Translations under genes and position numbers: made by a program
Assembly (NCBI GenBank): GCA_964016885.1
Contig: OZ024750.1
Location: 33,604,001 to 33,668,000 of the forward strand
Source: Eledone cirrhosa
Lineage: Eukaryota
Length of the DNA: 64,000 nucleotides
Direction: 5' to 3'
Part shown: one piece after another, positions 11,723 to 24,739 of the stretch
Numbering within the stretch: position 1 is the stretch's first letter
Layout: every line of letters begins with the position of its first letter
Notes under the pieces: generated by a model
Seen by the model: only the letters and a program-made list of their open reading frames with translations
The model's database searches: none
Told to the model about the DNA's origin: nothing

Positions 11723-13380
11723 AACAGTGATCTCAGCTATTAAACTTGTATCAACTCTACACTCTGTTATTTTCTATGAAATTGGCTGTTTTTTACGTCT
11801 TGTTGAAATAGAAATACGACCAGATGATTCATTTAGAGAGGACCATAATAAATATACTTAAAATATAACTGCACAGAATTTCACATAGAGCCAACGGGTA
11901 ATAAAATTTACAGAAACGGGTTTCTGATATTTTTCCAATAATTTGTCTTATCTTGTTTTATGGGGTTATTTTTTTGCATTATTTGTTATCTTTACAAATT
12001 TGATATTATTTTACTATTTTACTTTTATTCTTGCATCTCAATAAATCGATATATTTAAATGTATTAGCCGATATTCGAAATGAAAACATCATGTATAGGT
12101 TTAATGAGTTGCTGGCTTTCGGCTTTGTACAATAAGACGAGGGCATGTTAACCTGATGAAGCTTATCAATCGCTGAGTTATTAACTACAGACAGCAATGG
12201 TAGATACTGGAATTGAAATGACTCAAATTTGAATATGTATTACCATCTTAATCTCGACTTAACGGGAGCATAGGAAAATTGTAAAACACTCGTATAATCG
12301 ATATATACATATACTAACCAAATAATATATTGTGAAGAATTTCATACTAATACAACTCAATAAAATTAACTGTGGTCTCTGATGGGAAATGATAAAACAT
12401 TAATCTACTGTAATGTGGTTGGTATGATACTTTTAGTTAAGAACTAATTTCTACAGTAAATAAATATTTGTTAAAGCTATAAATTGTCCCTAAAGATATG
12501 TGAACCAAGAGTGGTTTTGAGGTTTCAATGAACTAAAAGGTTAACAGTATTGTAAGTTCGTATTTAATCGCTATCTTTATCTGAATTGGATAGTTTTCAT
12601 TTAAACTCATTTATAACGATTACAGGATATATTTACTTTGCTTATGCTCTCAGTCGAAGTTGTATAATAATAAAAAGAGGATTCATTCACTCATGAGTTA
12701 GTAAATATTGTAATGCTTAATAGCTATTTTAGTGTTGCAGCGAATGTCTGAATAAGCGTTGAGTCTTGCAATACATCGTCTACACGTTTACACTCACAAA
12801 CTAAAAATGGAGGCTGCAAATATCAACGGTATCATAAAACAATGTTCAAATAAAGAAAACAAATAAATTTCATCTTACTTTATAACTGAAGGATACTTCT
12901 TTAGTAGATGTAAAGAGAAGAGAAATAAAATTTATAAACTTATAGTAACCGAAGGCTGAAGTACAATAATTTAAATATAAACTTTGTAAACTTAACACTA
13001 GGCCTTCGGATTAAAGTGACATCTAAACAAAAATATCAGAATATTTATCTCCAGTAATTTTAACGTTTACAATTTTGATATTAGAAGTTCGTATTTCAAC
13101 AATACTAAAAATCTATGTTTAAAATATTGATATGAGTAAATAACAGACTTGATACAATGTCTGACAAAAGGTTTTGTATTATCTAGTTCAATATGTTTGC
13201 TTTCTAAGCTCAGTTTTTACTGTTTCACGTCTCTTTTGTCTATAAAATAATACCAGTCATACACTGTTAAGATAATTCTACAAGTAAACTAAGTCCTCTG
13301 TAGAATGCTCAGTCACTTACACGTTAATTTCATGAGCATGGTCTTCTATTCATTGAAAAACTACTGAAACGGGAGCAGCC

Positions 13381-13521
13381 GCCTCATCTGGGACGCTACA
13401 CCCAATGACACCGTCTCCAGCAGTGGTGAGACCCTCATCTGGGACTCTACACCCAATGACCCTTCTCCAGCAGTGGCAGATCCCTCATCTGGGACTCTAC
13501 ACCCAATGACACCTTCTCCAG
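13381..13521. repeat. ~52-nt tandem repeat, 3 copies
   Basis: CCTCATCTGGGACTCTACACCCAATGACACCTTCTCCAG repeated. Confidence 0.9.
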
Positions 13522-13681
13522 ATACAGGCTAGGGCATTCGGCGACTAACCCAGGCACTCGCTTCTCGTCAGACAGAAGATTGGTCACCCTCCGATAGGTT
13601 TGTCATCGACCCTGTAGCAGTGGAGACCATCGTTGATGTTATACTGTAAGAAATATTATATTGGTTTATTTGGGGCTACTT

Positions 13682-14875
13682 TAGTGTGTGATCTACCGCA
13701 GTACTAGTAATCTACATTGAATAAAGCCCTGACATAACTTCCAAGACGTCATATTTACATACATAAACGCATACATGATGGCTGCAAACTCTGCTAAGAG
13801 TTTTGCAATCACTTGTCAGATTACAGAAAATGGTACACTTTTAGGCTACGGCCATCCATACGAACCTGTAACATATAATATGTAAACATATAATATATGT
13901 AAACATATCCTGAACAAGCAATGCAATGCCTGTGCTTTGAAGGTTTTTTTTAAGTGAAGAAAGGCCTTGTACTTGACCAATCCCACTCTGTGAGCATCGA
14001 AAACACTACCCGAAAAGGAGAACTGGTCAACCTCATCGGATGCTTCCGAAGCCGCAGATTTATTTTTCAGAGTTTTCCTCTCTTAGAAAGGTGTTGTGAC
14101 AACAACTGGGGGGGGGGGGGGCGCTTTCACTCCCAGGTAAAAAAAAAGTACTTTGCCAGGTCTTGTATTTCATCCCACAGGGTGTCCAAATATCACCCTC
14201 CTCACCAAGCAAGCATGGTGGGGTTGCCAGTTTAGTCGCTGATGACTCGACCATAAGACAAGTTACACTGGGTTACATGTTACCAGTAGCACTTGAGAGC
14301 GACCTGACATAATACACATACATATACACATACATGATGGCTGCCTCCTCGTTATCGAGTATGGCCATTGCACGATATACCATTATTAATAATTATTTAT
14401 TAATTCTATCGTGCAATGCCTGTGCGCGAAGATATTTTTTAAAGTGAGGAAAGACTGTGCACTGAGCCAATCCCACTCTCTGGGCGACAGTAGCTATAAC
14501 CCAAAAAGAAGAAAATATCAACATCATCGGTAATACTGAGCCGCAGGTTTTATATCGGAGTTATCCCTGTTTCCTGAGTTGCCTTCTCCTAGAAGAATGC
14601 CCTGACAAAGGCTAGGGGTCCTTCACTCCCAGTGGTTTAACCGCGCGATCGGGTGTCCAGGCCGACTATTTTTATGTCCTATCTATGCATACATACATAC
14701 ATACATACATACATACATACATACATACATACATTTGTATGTATGTGTGTATGCATGCTTGTATGTATATGTATATATGTATGTATGTGTATATGTATGT
14801 AAGTATGACGTCTTGGAAGTTATACCAGGGCTTTACACAACGTAGATTACTGGTACTGCGGTAGACCACGCACTA
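13682..14875. mobile_element. Composite repeat: ~85-bp terminal inverted repeats enclosing two diverged ~0.5-kb tandem units
   Basis: CTACCGCAGTAC..AAAGCCCTG..AACTTCCAAGACGTCATA (13682-13765) is inverted at 14793-14875; internal units start ATACATGATGGCTGC at ~13771 and ~14330. Confidence 0.65.
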
Positions 14876-14987
14876 ATGTAGCATGAATGCATACATACAT
14901 GCATACATATATACATACATTCATACATATACGTACATATATACGGACAGACATACATACATACAAGCATATATATATATATATATA

Positions 14988-15170
14988 ACTGTTTCTACTT
15001 TTGGCACAAGGCCAGCAATTATCCCAGTGTATTACTAGTACTTTATTTTATCGATCCCGTAAGGATGAAAGGCAAAGTAAACCTCGGCGGGATTTGAAGT
15101 CAGAATGGCAAGGGCCGTAACTATGCGTCAAAGCATGGCGTCCGACCCTCTACCGATACTGCCAATCCAC
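14988..15170 (-). mobile_element. SINE family 1, full length
   Basis: Reverse complement of the 28561-28748 type. Confidence 0.9.
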
Positions 15171-15696
15171 ACAGACATGCATACACAGACATACATACAC
15201 ACACACATACAGGCACATATACATACCCTCACACACATACATACATACATACATACATAAATACACACACACGCACACACGCGCGCACACGCACGCGCGC
15301 GCACATACAAAACATACAAACAGATATACATATAACCACACAATCACATTATTGAAAATTCTCAAAGCCATGCATTTTCCTATTTCCAAGGTGGGATTTT
15401 TCTGTAGTTAATTCAATGAGAAGAATATAAATTATGTAAAGAATCATCACAAATATGAAAGAACAAGAATTTCTTTGCAGTTTCGTAAGAAAATTCTGTT
15501 TCTTTTCCACGAATAATTTGATCATTTTCAGCACTTGTCTATGTTTCAAATGACGAAGTGTGATTCTTCAGATATTTAATTGCTCTAGCTAAAAATAATT
15601 TTCACTGATTTTAGTGGTAATCAAAAAAACTGTGAAAATATCGATTTTATATATATATATATATATATAAAATATATATATATATATATATATATA

Positions 15697-16139
15697 TACG
15701 ATATATTAACAAATGGAAAATATATTTATAAAACCATATTTATTTTATTATACATATTTCAAGGACACCAAGTTAAATTATGGTGTGCTTTCAACAGATA
15801 AAATATAATATAGATCAGTTTTATAAATAAATATTGACATACCCTTAAAGAATGCGACCATTTCTGTTGGAAGCTCCCGGATAATGGTCGCATTATTTAA
15901 GGGTATGTCAATATTTATTTATAAAACTGATCTATATTATATTTTATCTGATGAAAGCACACCATAATTTAACTTGGTGTCCTTGAAATATGTATAATGA
16001 AATAAATATGGTTTTATAAATATATTTTCCATTTGTTAATATATCGTATTTTTACTCCAATAATTTGTTGAGTGCTTTATATCAGTTATAAAAATATTTG
16101 CTTGTTGTATCCGAACAATTTAAATAGAACTTCTACATT
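15697..16139 (+). mobile_element. HHR family A element: palindrome with 166-bp arms plus 3' tail, set in (TA)n
   Basis: Arms 15697-15862 and 15883-16048, tail 16049-16139; homologous copies at ~19025-19298 and ~61107-61365. Confidence 0.85.
15940..16004 (+). ncRNA. Type I hammerhead ribozyme motif (family A)
   Basis: TATTTTAT-CTGATGA-AAGCACACCA(taatttaact)TGGTGTCCTT-GAAA-TATGT-ATA-ATGAAATA: 8-bp stem I, 10-position stem II, AUA site. Confidence 0.8.
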
Positions 16140-16167
16140 ATATATATATATAGTTTAATAATAATAA

Positions 16168-16462
16168 TAATGGTTTCTACTTTTGGCACAAGGCCAGCAA
16201 TTACCTCAGTGTATTACTGGTACTTTATTTTATCGACCCCGTAAGGATGAAAGGCAAAGTTAACCTCGACGGGATTTGAACTCAGGCTGTAAAGGAACGT
16301 AACTATGCTGGAAAGCATGGCGTCCGACCCTCCACCGATACTGCCAATTCATATATATATATATATATATTCTTATGGGGTCGATAACATAAAGTACCAG
16401 TAATACACTGGTTATCGACCCCATAAGAATGAAAGGCAAAGCTAACCTCGGCGGGATTTGAA
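16168..16462 (-). mobile_element. SINE family 1 copy plus a second fragment with a small fold-back (16370-16430)
   Basis: SINE core in reverse; ATTCTTATGGGGTCGATAAC...GTTATCGACCCCATAAGAAT. Confidence 0.85.
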
Positions 16463-16538
16463 TAATAATAATGGGTATAAATCGAAGTTATAGCCGCAGT
16501 ATAGGAGATACCATTCGAATTGTTTATATATATATATT

Positions 16539-16635
<97 letters not shown>

Positions 16636-16833
16636 TTTTGGAATGGATCTTCGTTGGTTTCGAAGATGAATGTTCCAGTTTTACGATCGACTGAACAGCC
16701 TCCTGCGCATGTAAAAAAAAAAAAAAAAAAAATAACGTGTAAATGGTTTGAGCATTCTTCAAATATGTGAACCCTTAATGTAATCCTCAGAAAGATTCAG
16801 TGTAACTGTGTATGTATAAGGCTGGCCCTTTGG

Positions 16834-17290
16834 ATTACAGGTACAGTTCATCTGATGGGCTTCCAAACAGTTTCTGTCAACTTAATTTCACTCAGATGGT
16901 ATAGGTCGACCCGAGGGTATGATAAATGACACTTGCCCAAGATGTCCTATAGCGGGATCGAACCAAGGGATCGAACCAAGGGATTGCAAAGCAAACTTAT
17001 TAACCATTCTGCCATGTTGTGTTGACTAATATGACATAATAGGGTCCCATAACTCCGGGGATTGTTGTATGGGTGTCGTAGTGACATATGGCGTTTCTTG
17101 AACACTTTTTAAACCCAGCACAGCCCAACTACTCTCCAGGTTTGACCACAGCAGATTTCTTCCAGAGAAGGATATAGATGGAGAGAGAGTGAGGATAGAA
17201 GTGAGAAAGAGATGTAGAGGAAGAATTGGCCCCAGTACTAGACTGGTACTTTTTTATTGGTTCAAACGACTCTGCCAATTCTCCACCACA
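16834..17290 (-). mobile_element. Dimeric SINE (two tRNA-like heads)
   Basis: Homologous to 21015-21520; both copies end at ATTACAGGTACAGTTCATCTGATGGG. Confidence 0.8.
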
Positions 17291-17519
17291 CACTAATATA
17301 ATTAGTGACAAAAGTGTAATTTGAAGATATTTTGAATAGAAGTTGGTAGAGGAACACGTTATTCATAGAGAAATTAATTTTGGATTGCATTTGTTAAAAG
17401 GTTCCTATAAATCTGCTATGTTCAGAATGATTTAACAACACACTGTACTTGAAAGCTGGTGAATTACATGACCAAAATATTCTTGAACTAATTTTTGAAA
17501 TCTTAAGTGTTTTTAATTT

Positions 17520-17722
17520 GAATGCAGCAGCTGGAAGAGGCCCCGTGGCAGGCTCCACACCAGATGGCTGGATGTGGTTAAGGAAGATCTCCAAAGCTCA
17601 ACATCACCTTGGAGGACGCAGAATGCAGCAGCTGGAAGAGGCCCCGTGGCAGGCTCCACACCAGATGGCTGGATGTGGTTAAGGAAGATCTCCAAAGGCT
17701 CAACATCACCTTGGAGGACGCA
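17520..17722 (+). mobile_element. RTE-type LINE C-terminal fragment, tandemly duplicated (~100 bp x2)
   Basis: Translates SWKRPRGRLHTRWLDVVKEDLQRLNITLEDA, matching the RPRGRP..RW.D.V..DL end motif of RTE ORFs. Confidence 0.8.
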
Positions 17723-18278
17723 GACCCAGACGAGATCAAACCAGACCATATCACACCTTCACACCTGACCAGACCAGACAAAACAAGACCAAGCCAGACC
17801 AGACCAGATCACACTAGACGAGAGCAGAACACACCAGACAAGACCAGGCCAGGACAGACCAGACCAGACCAAACCAGATCACACCAGATCACACAAGCCA
17901 GACCAAACCAGAACAAATCAGACCAGACCAGAACAAATCAGACCAGAGCAGACCAGACCAGACAAAACAAGACCAAACTAGACCAAACCAAACCAGACCA
18001 GACCAGACCAGATTACACCAGACCAGATCATATCACACAAGACAAAACAAGACCAAACCAGACCAAACCAAAACAAACCAGATCAGATCACACCAGACAA
18101 GACCAGGCCCAGACAGACCAGGACAGACCAGACCACACCAGGCCAGACCAGATCACACCGGACCAGGCCAGATCACACCAGACCAGATCACACCAGACCA
18201 GATCACACCAGATCAGACCAGACTAAACCAGACCAGGGCAGACAAAACCAGGTCTGGACAGACCAGTCCAGACCAGAC
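17723..18278. repeat. (CCAGA)n degenerate pentanucleotide repeat
   Basis: Directly visible. Confidence 0.95.
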
Positions 18279-19101
18279 ACTTTATAGTGATCAACAATTA
18301 TTGAATTCACTTGCATTGGGAGGCACACATTTCAAATTAAAATTTATAATATTTTACAATGAAAGTGGGGAGAGGATGGTAAGAAATGGTAGAATTCCAT
18401 ACTAAATGTCTTACATTCTTTAACTAATATCTCTTACCGTGCTCAGTTCAAAGCCAGCTTATATTGATTTCCACCTTATATTCTTGTAGGATCGATACAA
18501 TAATCATCAGTAATCGATTTAATTGGCTATACTTTCAACTTCTAAGTATGTGTTCTTGTGCCAACCAAAGTTTGAGATCAATGTTTCAAAATATACATAA
18601 CAATACATATCTTCCTCACTATTCTCTAATAATTAGTTATCACTTTCCTCTACTTTAGACTGAAATAGATGAATTAGTGTTAATCCTTTATAATAACCTT
18701 TGCAGTCAATAATGACAGCAATCAGTTGAAAATGTTATGCCAAGCTGATTTCCATACCTGTAAATTATACACAATGTGTATTTAATAATATATTTCTAAA
18801 CATAATGTTGCTTTCCTCTGTTTTTCTTATGTCTTCCTTTTTTCTTCTTTCTTCCTTTCCTCCTGTCTTTACTTATCTCTTTCTTTTTTTTTTCTCCATG
18901 CATCTCTCTCTCTCTCCGATATTTCTCCACGTTTTTTCTTTCTCTCCGTCTTTTTCTTTCTCTCCGTCTTTTTCTAATTGTCCTTAACACTATGACTTAT
19001 TAAAGTTATATAAACAATTCACTATCCGGATGACTTCCAAAAAGAATGGTTGCATTTTAATAGCGTACGTCAAAGCCTATTTGTAAAACTGTTATATATT
19101 G

Positions 19102-19166
19102 TATTTTGTCTGATGAAGGCATACCATAATTTAATTTGGTATCCCTGAAATATGTATAATGAAATA
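19102..19166 (+). ncRNA. Type I hammerhead ribozyme motif (family A, copy 2)
   Basis: TATTTTGT-CTGATGA-AGGCATACCA(taatttaatt)TGGTATCCCT-GAAA-TATGT-ATA-ATGAAATA, within element ~19025-19298 that ends at (TA)n. Confidence 0.8.
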
Positions 19167-19294
19167 AATATGGTTTTATAAATATAGTTTCCATTTATTA
19201 ATATCGTATATCTACTCTAAATACTTGTCGAGTGCTTTATATCAGTTATAAAAATATTTACTTGTTGTATCCCAACAATTTTAAATAGAACTTT

Positions 19295-19339
<45 letters not shown>

Positions 19340-19343
<4 letters not shown>

Positions 19344-19503
19344 ATAATAATAAATTTGAAGACTAAAATCCAAAGAGGGCTCGATAAGGATAAATATATA
19401 TCAAATATATAAGAACCGTAGAGCAAATATTTATTCAGAAGATCCCGTTAAGGGTGAAAGCAGCGATTCTTTGCTTAAACTTTAATCTGTTATATTAATA
19501 AAT
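19340..19503 (+). mobile_element. (TA)n-embedded short repeat, family B
   Basis: GTAATAATAATAAATTTGAAGACTAAAATCCAAAGAGGG...CAGAAGATCCC..GGGTGAAAGCAGCGATTC; pieces recur at ~33078, ~35691, ~36390, ~60157, ~60615. Confidence 0.8.
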
Positions 19504-19574
19504 ATATATATATATATATATAGTGGTAGAACACTGGAAGGTAATATCCGTAGTGGTAGAGCACTATATATGTA

Positions 19575-20010
19575 TCATCATCATCATCATTTTACGTCCG
19601 CTTTTCCTTGCTTGCAAGGGTGGGACGGGAACTGATTCTGGCTTGATTTCTACAGCTGGATGCCATTCCTAACACCAACCTCATTTACAGTGAGTGCTGG
19701 GTGCTTTTTTTTCGTGGCACCTCCACAACCACTTTGCAGTGGAATGATAGGGACCTCAGTACCTATCATCTCATTTCTACAGCTTAGTAAACTGGAGCAA
19801 TGTGAAATAAAGTATCTTTCTCAAGGAAACAACACATCACCCGGTCTGAGAATTGAACTCACAACCTTTCGATTGCAAGGCCAATGCTCTAACCACTAAG
19901 CCATGTGCCTCCATGCTCAAGGAAACAACACATCACCCGGTCTGAGAATTGAACTCACAACCTTTCGATTGCAAGGCCAATGCTCTAACCACTAAGCCAT
20001 GTGCCTCCAT
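19575..20010 (-). mobile_element. SINE family 2 (tRNA head, RTE-like tail) with a duplicated head
   Basis: Reverse complement of 49016-49365; ~95-bp head duplicated at 19820-19914 and 19916-20010. Confidence 0.9.
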
Positions 20011-20368
20011 ATATATATGTTGAGAGAGAGAGAGAGAATTAAAATATATGTGTGTGTGTATATATATCAAGTTTTACTTTACTGACTGTGGTTACACTAG
20101 ATTGAACCAAGGACTCATATATATATGTGTGTGTGTATGTGTGTGTGTGTGTGTGTATCACCAACCACTAAATGCTGATTACCTCTTATATAATTTCATT
20201 TAAGTTGACTTCCACCAATGTAAGTTGGTGTATGTTCATCACATGGAACTATATATCATATTTGATTTAAATTATTGGTGATTGCTACCTAATATTAACT
20301 TTTATAATGTTTGGTTCCAATGTGGAATATATATTTTTGACAAACGACTATATCTTTTTTCTCAATAT

Positions 20369-20678
20369 TACAACAACACCCCCACCACCACCACCACTAC
20401 CACTACCACCACTACCACCACGACGACCACCAACATCACCACTGCCACTACCACCACTACCACTACCACCACCACCACCACCACCAACATCACCACCACC
20501 ACTACCACCACTACCACCACCAACATCACCACCACCACTACCACTACCACCACTACCACCACCACAACAACCAACATCACCACCACCACGACCACCAACA
20601 TCACCACCACCACTACCACTACCACCACTACCACCACCACGACCACCAACACCACCAACATCACCACCACTACCACCA
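20369..20678. repeat. (ACC/ACT)n trinucleotide repeat
   Basis: Directly visible. Confidence 0.95.
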
Positions 20679-21014
20679 AGATTGATATCTACTTCTGAAA
20701 TAACATCTGTAACTTGACTGGAATCCATTATCTCGAGAAGGTTAAATATTTAAGAAACCTAAAAAGTTATTATTTCTTGTCTGTTGATATATATGAATCT
20801 AAAGACCATTTGTATATCTCTACATTATTGATGATACTCAATACCAATGACATCACATCATTATTCGAACCTATTGAAACACTCGTGATTATATTTCTAA
20901 ACAAACCATCAATTAAAACTATATAAATCTACTTAACTCATTTATCTACTTTATCAAATATAATATTAATTGTTTATTTCGTGTCATCAAAATATTCATT
21001 AATATGTATTTGGT

Positions 21015-21520
21015 ATTACAGGTACAGTTCATCTGATGGGCTTCCAAACAGTTTCTGTCAACTCAATTTCACTCACAAAGTATAGGTCGACCCGAGGGTA
21101 GGATAAATGACACTTGCCCAAGATGTCCTATAGCAGGATCGAACCCGAGACCAAGGGATTGCAAAGCAAACTTATTAACCATTCTGCCCTATTGTGTTGA
21201 CTAATATGACATGATATGGTCCGATAACTCCGGGGATTGTTGTATTGGTGTCGTAGTGACATATGGCATTTCTTGAACACTTTTTAAACCTAGCAGAACC
21301 CAATTCTTCTCCAGGTTTGAACACAGCAGATTTCTTCCAGAGAAGGATAGAGAGAGAGAGAATAGAAGTGAGAAAATGATAGAGGAAGAATCGACCCCAG
21401 TACTTGACTGGTACTTTTTTTTTATTGGCCTCGAGAGGAGGAAAAGCAAAGTTGACCTCGGTGGGATCTGAACTCAGACTGCAGAGAGTCCAAACAAATA
21501 CCACAAGGTAGATTTCTTCC
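21015..21520 (-). mobile_element. Dimeric SINE, second copy
   Basis: Homologous to 16834-17290; left monomer alone at ~46160-46492 (-) and ~61812-62115 (+). Confidence 0.8.
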
Positions 21521-21577
21521 TGAGAAGGATAGTCTCCACAATATTGATAATACTCAATCCCAACACAGGAAGTCATG

Positions 21578-21755
21578 GCTGTATCAGTAGAGGGTCAGAT
21601 GCCATGCTTTCCAGCATAGAGTTATGGCCATTTATGGTGTGATTTCAAATCCCACCGAGGTTAACTTTGCATTTCATCCTTGCGGGGTCGATAAAATAAG
21701 TACCAGTAATGCACTGGATAATTGCTGGCCTTGTGCCAAAAGTAGAATCAATTAT
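21578..21755 (+). mobile_element. SINE family 1
   Basis: Same core and tail as the other copies. Confidence 0.85.
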
Positions 21756-22591
21756 TCAAACCTATTAGAACACTCATGATTATATTTCTAAACCAACCAT
21801 CAATTAAAACTAATATAAATCTACTTAATTCGTTTATCTACTTTATGAAATATTAATTTGTCATCAAAATATTCATTAATATGTATTTGGTATTTTACCA
21901 ATGTACAGGTGCAATCTAGCAGGATTTGAATTTTCTTTCGATTAACAACGGCTGCAAATATATTTTATATTCAATATTCATTACTTGATGTGATATTCAT
22001 TTCTATATATCATCTCTCATCTTATTCCAATATTCCTATATTTTTATCCGTAAATTAAACATTTGTATCATAATATCTCAATAATAAAGTATATGCCTTC
22101 ATTGCAAGCTAACCAGGTATTACATTTTCTTCTACAATTTACACATGTATATATATGTATGTATATATATATTAGTTTAGCGAGGTTTTTATATGAAATC
22201 GTGAGTCGAAACAAATATTGTTATACTTGCGCAAAGAAGACAAAATAAAATAAACAAACAAGCAAATAAATAAATAAATATATAGACAGACTGAATAAAA
22301 AATGGCGTAGACATACAACACAACAGGAGGAAAAAATATAACACCACTGACGATGTTGCAGATGTGCAACGAAAGATTTATGTAAATTATGTAAACTATA
22401 TATATGTGTTTGTGTCTATATTGTATCTGTATTATTTTTGACCGTCGGTCAGTCAATGGCAACATTGAGGACCGATTAAGTTAGATCGCAGATATAAAAG
22501 ACAGCGAGAAGCGAAAACCAACCAAACAGTGAGTGTGTTCTGTTATTAATTCTGGCAATATTATTACACAAATATGACCCTCCCCAAGTAT

Positions 22592-22667
<76 letters not shown>

Positions 22668-23437
22668 GCATATACACATATATATATATATACACTCTTA
22701 TAAACATATATACATACACTCATATATACACACACACAGACACATATATATATACACACACACTCTTATACACACTCATACACATAGACACATGCACACA
22801 TATATATCTTGTGGATATTTGTGGAGGTGGATTTATAGAGTGCTTTCGGACGTGAGAAATTGTAAGGTCTGGTGTCCATTCTTTCAATGACACCTACAGC
22901 AAGGTTTCCCAAACAATTTCAACTGTTGGGTGAGTGATGAGCAACTGAACAGAAAATGGTGGACAACTGGACATGTTGGTGGATGATGTAGGATTTTGAG
23001 TATTTCTAAATATGCCACATGAAATAAAATATTCAAAGGAGATATGCAAAGAACTTGTATAAAATACAAAACAGGATCCTAAATGGGAATACTTGGGTCA
23101 CATTCATAGATACCATATAAACAACCTCACAAACAATGAACATTTTCTATGGTTTTGATAAGGGTCATTAACACTGAAATAGTTCTTCGGGCAAAATATA
23201 AGATTTTAGGGATATATATCAGATAAGGGAAGAGCAAGAACAACTTTGCCAGTGCCGGTAAAATTAAGAAGTGACCCCAGAATAAATTCACCAATGTTAC
23301 CAGCACTGAGGGATGACACATGAATTTGACACACCTTTAAAAACTCTGACAAGATGCCATAGACAAGTAGGTATGCCCAGCAATGCCGGACAAAATATGA
23401 GACTCCTAAGATTGGAATACTGAACAGTTGTATATCT

Positions 23438-23447
23438 GTGTGTGTGT

Positions 23448-23494
<47 letters not shown>

Positions 23495-24605
23495 CGTGTG
23501 TGCGTGTGTAGACTATTGCCATATCATTAATACAATGAATATATCCACAGTAATATATGTGTGTGCATGTGTGTATGTGTATGTGTGTGTGTGTATGTGC
23601 GTGTATGTATGTAGACCATTGCCATATCATTAATACAATGAATATATCCACAGTAATCTATGTGTGTGCATGTGTGTGTGTGTGTGTGTGTGTAGACTAT
23701 TGCCATATCATTAATACAATGAATATATCCACAGTAATCTATGTGTGTGCATGTGTGTGTGTGTCTGTGTGTGTAGACTATTGCCATATCATTAATACAA
23801 TGAATATATCCACAGTAATCTATGTGTGTGCATGTGTGTGTATGTGTGTGCCTCTGCCTGTGTGTGTGTCTCTGACAGTGTGTATGCCTGTGTGTGTGTC
23901 TGTGTGTGTTTCTGTGTCTGTGTGTGTGTCTGTCTCTGCTAGTGTGTATGCCTGTGTCTGTGTGTGTGTCTGTGTGTGTGTTCATGTGTCTGTGTGTCTG
24001 TGTGTGTGTGTGTTCATGTGTCTGTGTGTGTGTGTGTCTCTGCCTGTTGTATGACTGTCTGTGTGTATGTCTGCCTGTATGTATGCCTGTGTGTCTGTGT
24101 ATGTGTGTGTGTCTGTGTCTGTGTCTGTATGCCTGTATGTATGCCTATGTGTCTGTCTGTATGTATGTCTGTGTCTGTATGCCTGTATGTATGCCTGTGT
24201 GTCTGTGTGTATGTATATATGTGTGTGTGTGTGTCTGTGTCTGTGTGCCTGTGTCTGTGTGTGTGTCTGTCTGTGTATGTATGCCTGTGTCTGTGTGCCT
24301 GTATGTATGCCTATGTGTCTGTCTGTGTGTGTGTCTGTGTATGTATGTCTGTGTCTGTGTCTGTATGCCTGTATGTATGCCTGTGTGTCTGTGTGTATGT
24401 GTGTATGTGTGTGTGTGTCTGTATGCCTGTGTCTGTGTGTGTGTCTGTCTGTGTATGTATGTCTGTGTCTGTATGCCTGTATGTATGCCTGTGTGTCTGT
24501 GTGTGTGTCTCGGCCTGTGTGTATGCCTATGTGTCTGTCTATGTATGTATGTCTGTGTCTGTGTCTGTATGCCTGTGTCTGTATGCCTGTGTCTGTGTGT
24601 GTGTG
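23438..24605. repeat. (TG)-rich compound microsatellite with four copies of a ~55-nt unit
   Basis: GTAGACTATTGCCATATCATTAATACAATGAATATATCCACAGTAAT four times at 23507-23830, then TGTG/TGTC/TATG runs. Confidence 0.92.
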
Positions 24606-24739
24606 GACCATACCCACATTATTACCACAATCACCACCTCCACACTAATCTATGTGTGATCTCAGTAAAAGATAAAGAAAGTCTATATTATTTTGAGTGT
24701 TTAACACAACAGTAAATGTTGAAAACTTGCTTTCAAAAT

